From Sulfolobales archaeon HS-7 (lineage in GTDB: Archaea; Thermoproteota; Thermoprotei_A; Sulfolobales; Sulfolobaceae): a DNA stretch of 64,000 nt. This document shows, in pieces, positions 49,026-59,399 of this stretch. The DNA lies in contig AP024596.1 of assembly GCA_019704295.1 (NCBI GenBank), positions 64,001 through 128,000 of the forward strand. Direction: 5' to 3'. Every line of letters starts with the position of its first letter. Within the stretch, counting starts at the first letter, position 1. Position numbers and translations under genes: made by a program. The notes under the pieces were generated by a model. The model did not search any database. It had not been told where the DNA came from and worked only from the letters and a program-made list of their open reading frames with translations.

Positions 49026-49701
49026 AGTCGAGAAGAAAATAATCAAGGGGTTAATAGAGAAAGATAAGGTAATAGTTGACGGTGTGGAAGTTGATGGCAC
49101 ATGGAATGCATTCATCATAGACAGGACTCAAACTGGCTTTGATACGTCTGTATGGGATAAAATAGCCTCAACAGTAGAAGGTAATACGATCAGTCTGTGT
49201 TGGCAATGCGGAACATGTACTAGTGGTTGTACGGCGCGTGAATACGACCCCAATTTCAGTCCGCGGAGATTTATCGATTTAGCAAGGAAGGGAGATAAGC
49301 AATCATTACAGGAACTGGAATCTAGTCTATGGAGATGCTTCTCGTGCCAGAAGTGCACACATAGATGCCCTAAAGGCGTACTTGTGGAGGAGGTAGTTCA
49401 CGCCATTCACAACTACGCTCTGGAGGAAGGCTTAGTCAGAAAAGATCCAGGAACTAAGTTTGATGAGCTATTCCTAAAGGCCGTTATGGATAACGGAGGG
49501 AGGATTTCTGAATTACTCCTAGGTTCTATGGCGGCGAAATACGGTATGGTGTCGTTAAGCCTTAAAGATCTAATCAACGTTTCGTCTGCTCTTCTTAAAA
49601 CAGGTCTGATAAAAACTGTAATGAATCCGGAAAAAGTAAGAAACTGGGAGAAGATTAGAAAAGTATTGGAAAATGCAATGAAGGAGGAGATTAAACTATG
49701 A
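49012..49701 (+). CDS. hdrC2: sHdr subunit C2 (probable ACG start at 49012; track start 49084)
   Basis: [11 protein letters not shown] and [12 protein letters not shown]; open in-frame extension (M)[23 protein letters not shown] preceded by SD-like aggggg. Confidence 0.9.
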   Translation, partial: TPIAEVEKKIIKGLIEKDKVIVDGVEVDGTWNAFIIDRTQTGFDTSVWDKIASTVEGNTISLCWQCGTCTSGCTAREYDPNFSPRRFIDLARKGDKQSLQELESSLWRCFSCQKCTHRCPKGVLVEEVVHAIHNYALEEGLVRKDPGTKFDELFLKAVMDNGGRISELLLGSMAAKYGMVSLSLKDLINVSSALLKTGLIKTVMNPEKVRNWEKIRKVLENAMKEEIKL

Positions 49702-50606
49702 CCGAAACCTATGGAAAAGTCGCATTCTATCCGGGATGTGCCCTCGACGGGCTGGGAAAGCCTTATGAGGTTTCAATTCAATTGGTTGCTAACGATTTAG
49801 GTTTAAAGTACGAGAGGTTAGATGACTATAATTGCTGCGGTGCACTCGAAGTTAAGAACGTAAACACAATGGCAGGTTTCCTATTACCAGCAAGAAACCT
49901 CTCCTTGGCAAATAGGGTAAAAGCGAACACGGTAATGTCGGCATGCCCAGGTTGTCACTACTCCCTATCAAGGACTCACTACTTCATGTCCAAATACGTT
50001 AAGGTTAAGGATAGGGTCAACTTCTACCTAAAAGAAATGGGAGAACTTCCATATGAGAACAACTTATTTATGATCCATGTAGTTGAATTCATTAGGAACG
50101 CTTTCGGACCTGAAAAACTTAAAGCAATTGTAAAGAGACGGTTCGATGGACTAAAAGTTGCACCTTATTATGGTTGTCTCTATGTGAGGCCGAAGCAATA
50201 TCTTCAAACTGGGTATATGAAAATTAAAGACGATCCTGAGAGACCGGTTTTCATGGACGAGCTACTACAATCGATAGGAGCGGAGCCGGTCCAATTTGAG
50301 GCTAAGGTGATGTGCTGCGGTGGTCCACACGTATATTCCGACGCCGAAACCTCAATGCATTTGGAGGCAAGGATCATAAAGGAGGCAGTCAGGAACGGTG
50401 CTGAACTGCTTATCACGGACTGTCCATTAGGACATGTTGCAATAGAGACTAACATGACAAAAATTGAGAAAAAATACGGCGTAAGGATATCTCTAGTTTA
50501 CTTTACTCAGTTACTGGCGCTAGCATTGGGACATTCCCCAGAGGAGGTAATGTTAGATGCTAACATCACAAGACCAATGGACGTTCTCAAAAAATATTTA
50601 CGATGA
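49698..50606 (+). CDS. hdrB2: sHdr subunit B2
   Basis: YPGC, NCCG, CPGC, YYGC, MCCG, DCPLG. Confidence 0.93.
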   Translation: MTETYGKVAFYPGCALDGLGKPYEVSIQLVANDLGLKYERLDDYNCCGALEVKNVNTMAGFLLPARNLSLANRVKANTVMSACPGCHYSLSRTHYFMSKYVKVKDRVNFYLKEMGELPYENNLFMIHVVEFIRNAFGPEKLKAIVKRRFDGLKVAPYYGCLYVRPKQYLQTGYMKIKDDPERPVFMDELLQSIGAEPVQFEAKVMCCGGPHVYSDAETSMHLEARIIKEAVRNGAELLITDCPLGHVAIETNMTKIEKKYGVRISLVYFTQLLALALGHSPEEVMLDANITRPMDVLKKYLR

Positions 50607-50651
50607 AAGGATTTATAAAAAATGAAGAGTAGAGAGGAGTGGTGAGAGAAT

Positions 50652-51095
50652 TTGGTAGTAGAAGCTGGGTGTGAGATTCCTGAGGATCTAAGTTATTACA
50701 TAGAGGGTAAAAACACTGTATGGGTAAAGCCTGAGGGCGACGTGATAATTGTCGGTATAACTGATATTGCCCAAACTATGGCTGGAAAAGTAGTAAAGGT
50801 AAGGGTAAAGAGGAAGGGAATAAAGGTCGATAAGGGGAGACCAGTAGCGACTATGGAGAGTGGTAAATGGGCAGGACCTGTACCTGCGCCCGTGTCAGGG
50901 GAGGTGATCGAAGTAAACGAAGCTGTTGAGAAAACTCCTGTTATCGTAAATCAAGATCCTTATGGAAAGGGATGGCTGGTTAAGATTAAACCAAATAGCT
51001 CAGATGAGGTAAAGCAGCTATTATCAGGTCAACAGGCTCTTGACAAGCTAAGGCAGATAATATCATCTGAAAAAGTTCAGTGTAAGAGGCTATGA
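50652..51095 (+). CDS. lbpA: Lipoate-binding protein LbpA (GcvH-like)
   Basis: VGITD.AQ..AG, lipoyl site ESGKW, N.DPYG.GW; follows hdrB2. Confidence 0.88.
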   Translation: MVVEAGCEIPEDLSYYIEGKNTVWVKPEGDVIIVGITDIAQTMAGKVVKVRVKRKGIKVDKGRPVATMESGKWAGPVPAPVSGEVIEVNEAVEKTPVIVNQDPYGKGWLVKIKPNSSDEVKQLLSGQQALDKLRQIISSEKVQCKRL

Positions 51096-51096
51096 T

Positions 51097-52191
51097 ATGA
51101 GCTGGAGGTACGTCAGGTTACCTCCTCAAGATCCTTATCATATGATTACATCTTTTCTGGCTGTAGGGGATCACGTCTCAAAAGGTACTAAAAACACCAT
51201 GTTAGTTTTTAACTCTTTGGAAACATTCGTTAATGTCGGTTTCCATCAAGAAGTATGGCTTGAAGTAGATCTGGATTACGTAAGGAAAAACGGAATACCT
51301 GTAGTTAGGAGGGATGTCGGAGGGGGAACAGTGGTGATTACCCCTGGCGAGGTAGATTACTTCCTGGTTATGAAAAGCGAAGACGCTCCAACAAACCAAT
51401 CGGAACTCTATAAAAAGTTCTTAAGCCCAGTTGCTAGTTTCCTTAATTCTTACGGAGTAAAAGCGGAGATCAGGGAGCAGGATATAGTAGTTGGAGGAAG
51501 GAAAATAAGTGGAAACGGCGCTATGACACGAGGTAAGTCAGTTATCCTTGCTGGAAACGTTTTAGTTGACGTTGACGTAAACGTTATTGCTAAGTGCCTC
51601 AGAGTTCCCAGTGCGAAATTCAGGGATAAACTAGCTAAGGAAATGAGTGAATGGATAACTAGTATGAAAAGGGAAACAGGAAAAACGCCATCTGTGGAGG
51701 AGGTTGCAAAAGGGTTGAAAAAAGCATTTGAAGAGGCGGGTTTTTCATTTTCTGAGGAGGAGCTAACCGAGGATGAAGTGAGAGATTGGAACCGCTTGGC
51801 AGAGGAGAAGATGAGGGAAAGCTGGATATACTATAAGGATTTAAGACATCCCGAATTAAGGAGTGAAAGATGCGTTAAAATAAACTTCTCAGTGACGTTG
51901 TGTCATGTCGATTATAAGGCAAGGAAACTGATAAGAATTACCGCTAAATTCTCTAAGGAAAAAGTAGAAGAGGTCTCTATATCAGGGGACTTCTTCGTTT
52001 TAACTCCTAGAGATTTCGTTGAGAGATTAGAGGATAGAATAAGGGGAATAAGGGTCGGGGACATAGAACAAGTTATACGAGATACGTTTAACGAATTCCG
52101 CCCCACAATATTCGGATTTGACGAGAACGATTTAATTAACGCCTTTAACGAGATGTTGATAAAGCCTGAAGTACAGGAAATAATTAGTTAG
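51097..52191 (+). CDS. Lipoate-protein ligase (sLpl(AB)-type)
   Basis: [19 protein letters not shown]-terminal ISGDFF domain. Confidence 0.88.
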   Translation: MSWRYVRLPPQDPYHMITSFLAVGDHVSKGTKNTMLVFNSLETFVNVGFHQEVWLEVDLDYVRKNGIPVVRRDVGGGTVVITPGEVDYFLVMKSEDAPTNQSELYKKFLSPVASFLNSYGVKAEIREQDIVVGGRKISGNGAMTRGKSVILAGNVLVDVDVNVIAKCLRVPSAKFRDKLAKEMSEWITSMKRETGKTPSVEEVAKGLKKAFEEAGFSFSEEELTEDEVRDWNRLAEEKMRESWIYYKDLRHPELRSERCVKINFSVTLCHVDYKARKLIRITAKFSKEKVEEVSISGDFFVLTPRDFVERLEDRIRGIRVGDIEQVIRDTFNEFRPTIFGFDENDLINAFNEMLIKPEVQEIIS

Positions 52192-53476
52192 CATTCCCTT
52201 TTATGTGGTCTATAACCTTTCTTATCTTAGATAGTCCACTTTTTGCATCTTCCTCTGAGATTATTAACGGCGGAATGAGTCGAATGGAACTCTCGCCTGC
52301 AGGCAATGCGATTATTTTTTCCTTATAAAGTTCTTTTATAACTTCATCACGAGTCTTAGGATCGGGTTTTTCGTTCTTAACGAATTCTAGGCCCCAAGCT
52401 AACCCTAATCCCCTTACGTCGTCGGCCTTCACTACACTTAACTCATCTTTAAATACCCCCTCTAATCGCTTGACGTTAGGCAGAACTTCTTCAATAACGT
52501 CTATAGTTTCACTTGCTATTGCACATGTTAAAGCATTCCCTCCAAAAGTGTTGCTATGTCCTCCCCTTTGAAAATCCAGCTCACTTCTAAAAACAGTTGC
52601 GCCTATTGGGACTAAACCGCCACCTAAAGCTTTAGCTAATGTGAATACGTCTGGGTTCAAGTGATAATGATGTATTGCAAGCATCTCCCCCGTTCTTCCC
52701 ATTCCCATTTGTACTTCATCGTCAATTAGCAATACCTTCCGCTTAGATGCAAATGAGTTCAAATGAGAGAAAAACTGGGGAGGAGGTACGACGTAACCTC
52801 CTTCTCCCTGGATAGGTTCGAAAAAGATAGCGCTAAGCTCATCTTCAGGTATTACCTTATTAAGTATCCATTCTTCAATATATTCGAAAACCCTATTCAC
52901 TAACTCTTCTGGTTCCTCGTAGCCGTTGATATGCCATGGATTTCTAAAGGGATTAGGATACGGTACGTGAATAACTCCTGGAATTAATGGGAAAAACCCC
53001 TTTCTTTGAACCCCCTTGCTTGCTGTTAAAGAGAGCGAACCTAAAGTTCTACCGTGAAATCCTCCTATGAAAGAAATAACATATTTACCGTTATTAGATT
53101 TTACGAGTTTAAGTGCAGCCTCTATCGTCTCCGTCCCGCTATTACTTAAAAAGACCTTCCTCTCTCCTGGTAGGAGAGGGACAAGTTTCTTTGCCAACTC
53201 TAACTGTTCTATATTGTAAAAGTCATTAGCTGCGGAATGCGCTAACTTCCTCATTTGCTTTTCCGCCCTTTCGATCACTCTGGGATGAGATGGCCACCCC
53301 AAGTTGTTTACTCCTATACCTGATGAAAAGTCGAGAAATTTCTCTCCATTAATGTCGTAAATCCACACACCTTCTCCACGTTCAATTACCAGGGGAAATT
53401 CATTAGGATCGCGTGTACTAATTGAAAGATATCTCTCTGTTTCTTCAATTACCGAGTTGTTTTTTTCGGTTAACAT
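52184..53476 (-). CDS. Class III PLP aminotransferase (4-aminobutyrate/acetylornithine family)
   Basis: [54 protein letters not shown]. Confidence 0.93.
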   Translation of the reverse strand: MLTEKNNSVIEETERYLSISTRDPNEFPLVIERGEGVWIYDINGEKFLDFSSGIGVNNLGWPSHPRVIERAEKQMRKLAHSAANDFYNIEQLELAKKLVPLLPGERKVFLSNSGTETIEAALKLVKSNNGKYVISFIGGFHGRTLGSLSLTASKGVQRKGFFPLIPGVIHVPYPNPFRNPWHINGYEEPEELVNRVFEYIEEWILNKVIPEDELSAIFFEPIQGEGGYVVPPPQFFSHLNSFASKRKVLLIDDEVQMGMGRTGEMLAIHHYHLNPDVFTLAKALGGGLVPIGATVFRSELDFQRGGHSNTFGGNALTCAIASETIDVIEEVLPNVKRLEGVFKDELSVVKADDVRGLGLAWGLEFVKNEKPDPKTRDEVIKELYKEKIIALPAGESSIRLIPPLIISEEDAKSGLSKIRKVIDHIKGNAN

Positions 53477-53779
53477 AATAGAACTTATGTTTAACCTTTA
53501 TAATATTGTTGACGAAAGTACTTTGTTCATACGTAACTTAGTTGTCAGTCACTCACGACTTCATTGAGATTTGTAATTTGTGAGAATGATTATAAAATAA
53601 AGTAAAGTTTTAGGTGATGACGCGTAGTCGTTATGGTAGCGTCCAATTAAATTTCGTTCAATTCTTTAAATAAACCGAATACTTAATAGAGAAAGGATTA
53701 CCTCGTCAGGGCTACTTATATCCCTATTACTACTTTAGTCTATTTCCATTAATGGTTCAACCATATAGGTTCACGGTAA

Positions 53780-54036
53780 TGGAAAATCAGGGGTAGATAG
53801 CCCCCTTTGTACTAGTTTAAGTCGGTTCGCAACCAGTATATCAATGACATTCATCGACGGGGTAAGCGTTACCAAGATACCCAAGCGGGGGTCTATGTGG
53901 CATACTTCTGCTCCAACTAAAGTCCCATATAGAACATTGCCTTTAATTTCGGACTACGACCCTCAGGACCTCTTTACCTCTTGGATAATACGATGCTACG
54001 AAGCAGGAAGCCTCTTCTAGGGCGTAGTGAGTTCAC
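53780..54036 (+). mobile_element. IS200/IS605-derived non-autonomous remnant
   Basis: Left-end-like ggggtagatagccccc; right end gaagcaggaagcctcttctagggcgtagtgagtTCAC. Confidence 0.55.
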
Positions 54037-54086
54037 ATTTTGCGTATTATGATTCGCAAAAAACCCTTAACTGCACTAAATAAGAC

Positions 54087-54239
54087 CGATTCAGGTTTCC
54101 ATTGTGAATTGTAATTATTGTAAATAGCGATTAAATAAAGGAAATTGTTAAGAGTAAATCTCTACCTAGTTCACACGATGGGACTCAATTAAATTCATTC
54201 TATTTTTCTAAACAAATAGAATTCGCAATGAACGCGTGA
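54087..54239 (+). mobile_element. MITE family B, copy 2 (~153 bp)
   Basis: Starts cgattcaggtttccattgtgaattg and ends aattcgcaatgaacgcgtga (imperfect TIRs); inverted homolog of 39544-39695. Confidence 0.8.
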
Positions 54240-54264
54240 ATGGCCCCTAGATAAATACGAATAC

Positions 54265-54270
54265 AGTTTC
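54265..54270 (+). promoter_or_regulatory. Putative DNA-damage-responsive ANTTTC element of the upsX-like gene
   Basis: AGTTTC at -43..-38 from the ATG at 54308. Confidence 0.4.
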
Positions 54271-54307
54271 AATGGGGAGGGCGCTAAATAAAAGATCTTT
54301 TCAATTC

Positions 54308-56260
54308 ATGTATCTCTCGTTTAACGACTTCAGAGCTCTAAAAATTCCTCCACTACTAACGTATTGGTTCGACGTAGTGAAAGAAAATATTTACTTAAGA
54401 TCGAACGCTCTTACCTCTCCTAGAATAAAGGTTTTTCCCACCTTTGAACAAGAAGGTAATAAATGGATTTATACCGATAATGAAAAATTGGTAGAATTCT
54501 ATGATGGGAAAACAGAGGTAATTGGGAAAAACACACCGGGAGATATTGCGAATATATTAGGGCTGGATATAACCCCTGATAAGGTTTTTACTTTTTCTTG
54601 GTACACCTTGACCGTTGCTGGAAAAAAAGTGTTAATACACTCATCAAATGGAATAGAAGAATTCCCACACCCGAAAAATTTGATCCCTAGGGAATACGGT
54701 TCTATCCTTAAGTATAAGGAAAAATGTATATTGTATACGAAGGCTGGGAAAATTGAACTTAATTCTGCGGAGGAGGTGATTTACTCCGATAATGACAACC
54801 TTATTTACAGCGAAAATGGAGGTATATGGTCATTAACCAGGAGAGGCATTAATTATATAGGATATTGTGAAAAACCTTCTTTCTTTCTCGGAATGGGAAG
54901 GCTTGGGTACACTTTTTCATGCAATGGTCTCGTCAAGGTCTTTCTTGGAGATTCTTGGAAGATTATAGGAAGGATTTCAAATCCCTACGCCTCTTACTCC
55001 AATTTTTATTTAACTATGCTCACTGGAACCTCAACGGAAGTGTTCGATAGTTCGTTCTATAGAAGGCTGAAGGAGATAAACAGAATAAGCGCAGGTATAA
55101 TCTACATGGATAACATAATAATGTTATCTAAGAATAAATCATATTTTGGAGTGGCTAAGCTAGAAAATGAGATAAAATGTATTAATATTAACAGTAAAAA
55201 CAACTTTAATTCCCCTGCATTCATCGAGGTAGATAAGAGCGTATGCCCTGGGGAGGTAATATTATCTGGAGAGATTGATGAGTTGAACAGGGAGTATAAA
55301 GAAAATACCGAGAGGATCTTTGTAGTTCCGAGGAAACTAACTGATACGGTAACTAAGATTACACTAATTAATCCCTTCGATTCATTTCAAAGAGACGTTA
55401 CAATAGAATCTGTTCCATATGAATTCACCGTGTTAAAGGCTGAATTGAGGAAGTCGATTAATGGGGTGTTGAAAGAAGATCGTTCTAAAAACTCACTACT
55501 CCTTTTAGAGTTTTCATCTAAGGTTCCCTCTCCAATTTCTCCTGTACTTCATATCGAAATAGGGGACTACGAATTTGAGTATAAGATTATGGACGACGGT
55601 AGCAACATTTTGAAAGTACCTGTTAGCCACTACTCAAGTAACGAAAAGGAGACTGTAAACTTTAGGTTGATTCATGCCGGTTCAATTTTATTTTCCGGTG
55701 GTGTAGAAGCAAAAGTAATAGAGGTAAGGGCATCAGGGGAAGAGATCATTAAAGTGGTACCGGGTTTAGGACGCATCGAGTACATAGCCTCACAGAGTGA
55801 TGGTTTATTCGTCTGGGAGAAAAGGAGAGTAGTTCCTATGACTCCAGTAATAAGAGTAATTAGAAATGGCGGTACACTACCTACTCAACATGAATCTAAA
55901 ACTAAGGTAAATACTCTAAACGAAAGAAACGAGATTGAGATATTAGCAGCTGATCCGTTGCATGAAGTTGGATTTAAGATTGTGAAGGACGGTATAGCCG
56001 TCGTGACAAGATTTACCGAAAACGTGATCCCTATAATAATAAACGGTCCTAATGTCGCTTTAGGAAATAATACAGGGGAAACCATACTTCCTATAGAGCC
56101 CACATATCCTCAGTTCGACATAAAATATGTCTATTATGGAATAGAATGGTCCAGGTCCTTTAGAATTAACGTCCTTGAGAGCTCAATAGCTATTGCAAGG
56201 AGAAACGCTGAGGACTTGTTAAGGAAAATAGATATTTTCGGCTACCCCATAACGGTTTAA
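54308..56260 (+). CDS. upsX: UpsX-like hypothetical protein
   Basis: About 650-aa soluble protein directly upstream of a pilus ATPase and platform gene; assignment by size and synteny only. Track start is 54272. Confidence 0.55.
   Translation: MYLSFNDFRALKIPPLLTYWFDVVKENIYLRSNALTSPRIKVFPTFEQEGNKWIYTDNEKLVEFYDGKTEVIGKNTPGDIANILGLDITPDKVFTFSWYTLTVAGKKVLIHSSNGIEEFPHPKNLIPREYGSILKYKEKCILYTKAGKIELNSAEEVIYSDNDNLIYSENGGIWSLTRRGINYIGYCEKPSFFLGMGRLGYTFSCNGLVKVFLGDSWKIIGRISNPYASYSNFYLTMLTGTSTEVFDSSFYRRLKEINRISAGIIYMDNIIMLSKNKSYFGVAKLENEIKCININSKNNFNSPAFIEVDKSVCPGEVILSGEIDELNREYKENTERIFVVPRKLTDTVTKITLINPFDSFQRDVTIESVPYEFTVLKAELRKSINGVLKEDRSKNSLLLLEFSSKVPSPISPVLHIEIGDYEFEYKIMDDGSNILKVPVSHYSSNEKETVNFRLIHAGSILFSGGVEAKVIEVRASGEEIIKVVPGLGRIEYIASQSDGLFVWEKRRVVPMTPVIRVIRNGGTLPTQHESKTKVNTLNERNEIEILAADPLHEVGFKIVKDGIAVVTRFTENVIPIIINGPNVALGNNTGETILPIEPTYPQFDIKYVYYGIEWSRSFRINVLESSIAIARRNAEDLLRKIDIFGYPITV
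56234..56239 (+). promoter_or_regulatory. Putative DNA-damage-responsive ANTTTC element of the upsE-like gene
   Basis: ATTTTC at -43..-38 from the start at 56277, the same spacing as at upsX. Confidence 0.4.
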
Positions 56261-56276
56261 ATTCTACTGAATTGTC

Positions 56277-57683
56277 ATGGAAGAGAACCAATTAGATCAA
56301 TATCAAATTGGAATGGCCAAGTTTACCTTACTAGAAAAAGCAGACATTCCATATCTTCTCGTTAACGAACCTCTTCTCTCTCAAGAAGAAGAGGAAGCGG
56401 TAGAGAGAATAGTTAGCAAGATTCTCGCATACAATTCCTCAGAACCCTTTGAATTTCAACTATCGAAGGTGATAAATGAAGAGAATCTTGAACCTACAAT
56501 GCAGGAAAAAATTATTTATTATATAAAGAAAAGAATGTTTTACGGAAAATTAACTCCCTTTCTTGAAGATCCCGATATAGAGGAAATCGAATGTAGGGGT
56601 TATGGATATCCCATTACCGTTATTCATAGGAAATATCCTTACAAGCGACTTATCACTAACGTAATATTTACTTCGGAAGAGGAGATAGTTAATACAATTG
56701 AGAAATTAATCAACAGAGCGGAGAAGACTGTGTCATTAGCGAAACCATATGCCGAGTTTTCTCTCCCTGAAGGCCATCGAGTAGCCCTAACTCTCTCTAA
56801 CGAAATATCAATACCCGGTTCTACTTTTGATATAAGAAAGTTTCCCAAGACGCCATTGAGTATATTCGATTTGCTCTCAATGAAGGTGTTAACTCCCTCC
56901 ATTCTATCGTATATATGGTCTTCCCTTGAACACACTCCATTTATTTTCATAGTAGGGGCAACGGGGAGTGGTAAAACGACGCTCTTAAATGCGTTGCTGC
57001 AACTAGTAAATCCTCTATCGAAAATCGTAACAATAGAGGATACTCCGGAAATATCCCTCCTTAATTCGAACTGGGTGCGATTTGTAACAAGAACTTCCTT
57101 TGACGAAGGATATAGCATTACCCTCTCGGATCTAGCGCGGTTAGCACTTAGGTATAGACCAGATTACTTGGTCATAGGTGAAGTCAGAGGAAGGGAAATA
57201 GAATCTCTTGTTCACGCGTCAGCCACGGGTCACGGTTCTCTCTCTACTTTTCATGGTGCACATCCTAATGACGTAATAACGAGGGTAAAGGGGTTACTCA
57301 ATCAGGAGCTAGCTACGCTCTTCATTCATAATATTAAAATGATTATAGTAATGGACGCTGGACGGAGAAGAGGGGTTAAAGCAATATATGAAAACTTCGG
57401 TTACAGGACAGGCTTTAAAAAAGTAATTTATTACGATCCTATGAAAAAGGAATTTGTAAATGATAACTTTGTTGAACTTCTAACTACGTCAAAGGTAATC
57501 CGTAGAATTATGTTGGAGAGAGGAATTACTGAGGAGGAAATGAAATTACAGTTTGAAGAAAAGGCAAAGGTATTATCCGAAGGAACGGGAAGGCATCACT
57601 ACACGCCGGAGGATATCACCAGTATGATAGCTAATTATTACAAGAGTGGGGATAACTACGAAGCTGTTATTAGACAAAAATAA
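56277..57683 (+). CDS. upsE: Type IV pilus assembly ATPase (UpsE-like)
   Basis: GATGSGKTT, TIEDTPE, LRYRPDYLVIGEVRG, TGHGSLSTFH. Confidence 0.8.
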   Translation: MEENQLDQYQIGMAKFTLLEKADIPYLLVNEPLLSQEEEEAVERIVSKILAYNSSEPFEFQLSKVINEENLEPTMQEKIIYYIKKRMFYGKLTPFLEDPDIEEIECRGYGYPITVIHRKYPYKRLITNVIFTSEEEIVNTIEKLINRAEKTVSLAKPYAEFSLPEGHRVALTLSNEISIPGSTFDIRKFPKTPLSIFDLLSMKVLTPSILSYIWSSLEHTPFIFIVGATGSGKTTLLNALLQLVNPLSKIVTIEDTPEISLLNSNWVRFVTRTSFDEGYSITLSDLARLALRYRPDYLVIGEVRGREIESLVHASATGHGSLSTFHGAHPNDVITRVKGLLNQELATLFIHNIKMIIVMDAGRRRGVKAIYENFGYRTGFKKVIYYDPMKKEFVNDNFVELLTTSKVIRRIMLERGITEEEMKLQFEEKAKVLSEGTGRHHYTPEDITSMIANYYKSGDNYEAVIRQK

Positions 57684-59154
57684 GCTGAGAATCTTATTGA
57701 TACAGAAAGTTCTCAACGAAAGAATTTTGGCTATGGCTAAATATACGGATATTTCTAGCGTTAAAAAGATTGTGAAATTAACACATTTCTCGACTTATTT
57801 CGCGCTAGCTACACTTGGAGTTTCTGCTCTTCTAACGGTATTATTCTCATCTTATTTCCCCCTATTTCTTTTAGTTACCATACCGTTAATTTATTTAGGG
57901 CCTGTGTTATACCTCAACTATAAGAAATACGAACATATTAATAAAATTAATTCAGAATTTCCTTTTTTTCTAATATTGGCTATGATAAATGAAAATATTG
58001 GAAAAAATATAGTGGACACATTCAAGGAAATATCCTCAGTGAGTCTGTTTCCAGCGTTATCAAAGGAGTGGCAATATATCCAGAAGAGAATGTCACTTAC
58101 TGGGGAACTTTTAGGTACAGTACTAATGAAGATAGGAGGAGAGATTGGCGGAGAAGTTGGAAATTTCTTTTATAGATATGGTTTGTTGAAAACGCAAGGC
58201 ATCACTAGAGAGTTAGTAAATGAAATGTCAAAGGAAAGTCTGTCAAACCTTAGTCAAAGATTCGCGGATTACCTATCTCATCTTGAGGAATTAATTGAAA
58301 TAGCATTCATGATATATCTCCTTTTACCTCTAACGATAATTGCCTTCTCCATAACTTTTTCTATAAACTACTTTATCCTAATGTTACCCCTACTCTTCGT
58401 CCCCGCTATCTTGATGTATGTAGATCAGCTTTCGCCCTTAAGGATGTATAACGTTCCATTAAAAAAGAGAGATTTCCTTCCTTTTATGTCAACTATTGTG
58501 TTTCTACCCTTCATTCACTTAACATTGGATGTCAAAATCTTAATCCTTTCATTAACTCTAGAACTCTGGTTTACTAATTATTACTTAGTTATAAGAAAAG
58601 CGGACAAAATGCAGTCGGAATTACCACTTCTTATTGAAAACACTATTAATTACTTTAGGACTGGGAAAAGTATAAAATATTCCTTAATAAAGTTGGGGGA
58701 AAGAAAGCTATCGTTAAGTCGGATAATCAGAGAAATAAAGAATGGCATATTTAAAGGAGGGCAAATCCCTGTAGTGAATAGCCCATCCACCATTGTAAAT
58801 TACGTCATTTCGATAATGAGAATATTAGATGAGAGAGGAGGTAGGAACGAAATCTCGTTAATTAGGCTTAGCGAATTTGTCCAATCGCTTAACATGTCAA
58901 CTAAGGTTTTCCTCAAGAAAATTAACTTGTACGAAGCCCTCTCCATAATTTCTCCACTAATACTAGTATATGCTTTTTCCATTATGAAATCTATTGGAAC
59001 TACTAATGATGCCTACTTACTGAAGCCGTTCATAATGATATACTCAATATCATTATCAGTTATTTTTACAAAGGCCTCTAGGTTTACTATTTTCTACACC
59101 CCTATAATAATTCTGACGACAGTAGTAAGCTATTTAGCCCTTCACTTTATATAG
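57646..59154 (+). CDS. upsF: Type IV pilus membrane platform protein (UpsF/TadC-like)
   Basis: Polytopic, duplicated E(F/L)P..I cytoplasmic domains; follows the ATPase. Confidence 0.7.
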   Translation: MGITTKLLLDKNKLRILLIQKVLNERILAMAKYTDISSVKKIVKLTHFSTYFALATLGVSALLTVLFSSYFPLFLLVTIPLIYLGPVLYLNYKKYEHINKINSEFPFFLILAMINENIGKNIVDTFKEISSVSLFPALSKEWQYIQKRMSLTGELLGTVLMKIGGEIGGEVGNFFYRYGLLKTQGITRELVNEMSKESLSNLSQRFADYLSHLEELIEIAFMIYLLLPLTIIAFSITFSINYFILMLPLLFVPAILMYVDQLSPLRMYNVPLKKRDFLPFMSTIVFLPFIHLTLDVKILILSLTLELWFTNYYLVIRKADKMQSELPLLIENTINYFRTGKSIKYSLIKLGERKLSLSRIIREIKNGIFKGGQIPVVNSPSTIVNYVISIMRILDERGGRNEISLIRLSEFVQSLNMSTKVFLKKINLYEALSIISPLILVYAFSIMKSIGTTNDAYLLKPFIMIYSISLSVIFTKASRFTIFYTPIIILTTVVSYLALHFI

Positions 59155-59399
59155 TAGTAATTTTCTGAATCGCTATAACTTACGTGAATAGGTATTTGAA
59201 CGGACTCTGGATTGAAATCTTTCAATTACTTTTAGTGCTTCCTAAAGTAACTCAGAAAAGTAATGCATAACGTAATAACCTTCCCGGATCTATTTACTCC
59301 CCCTGTGTAAAAATCGCGCCGTAGCCGTAACAGTAAAAGCTTATTTGAAACTAAATAAACCATTGAAAAAAGTAACAAACGATAGTCATTACCAGCCAC

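Noticed and set aside
39544-54239. The inverted 152-bp repeats as casposon terminal inverted repeats
   Set aside because: Each copy has its own internal TIRs (MITE structure), there is no target duplication or polB, and the enclosed genes are mostly native Sulfolobales genes.
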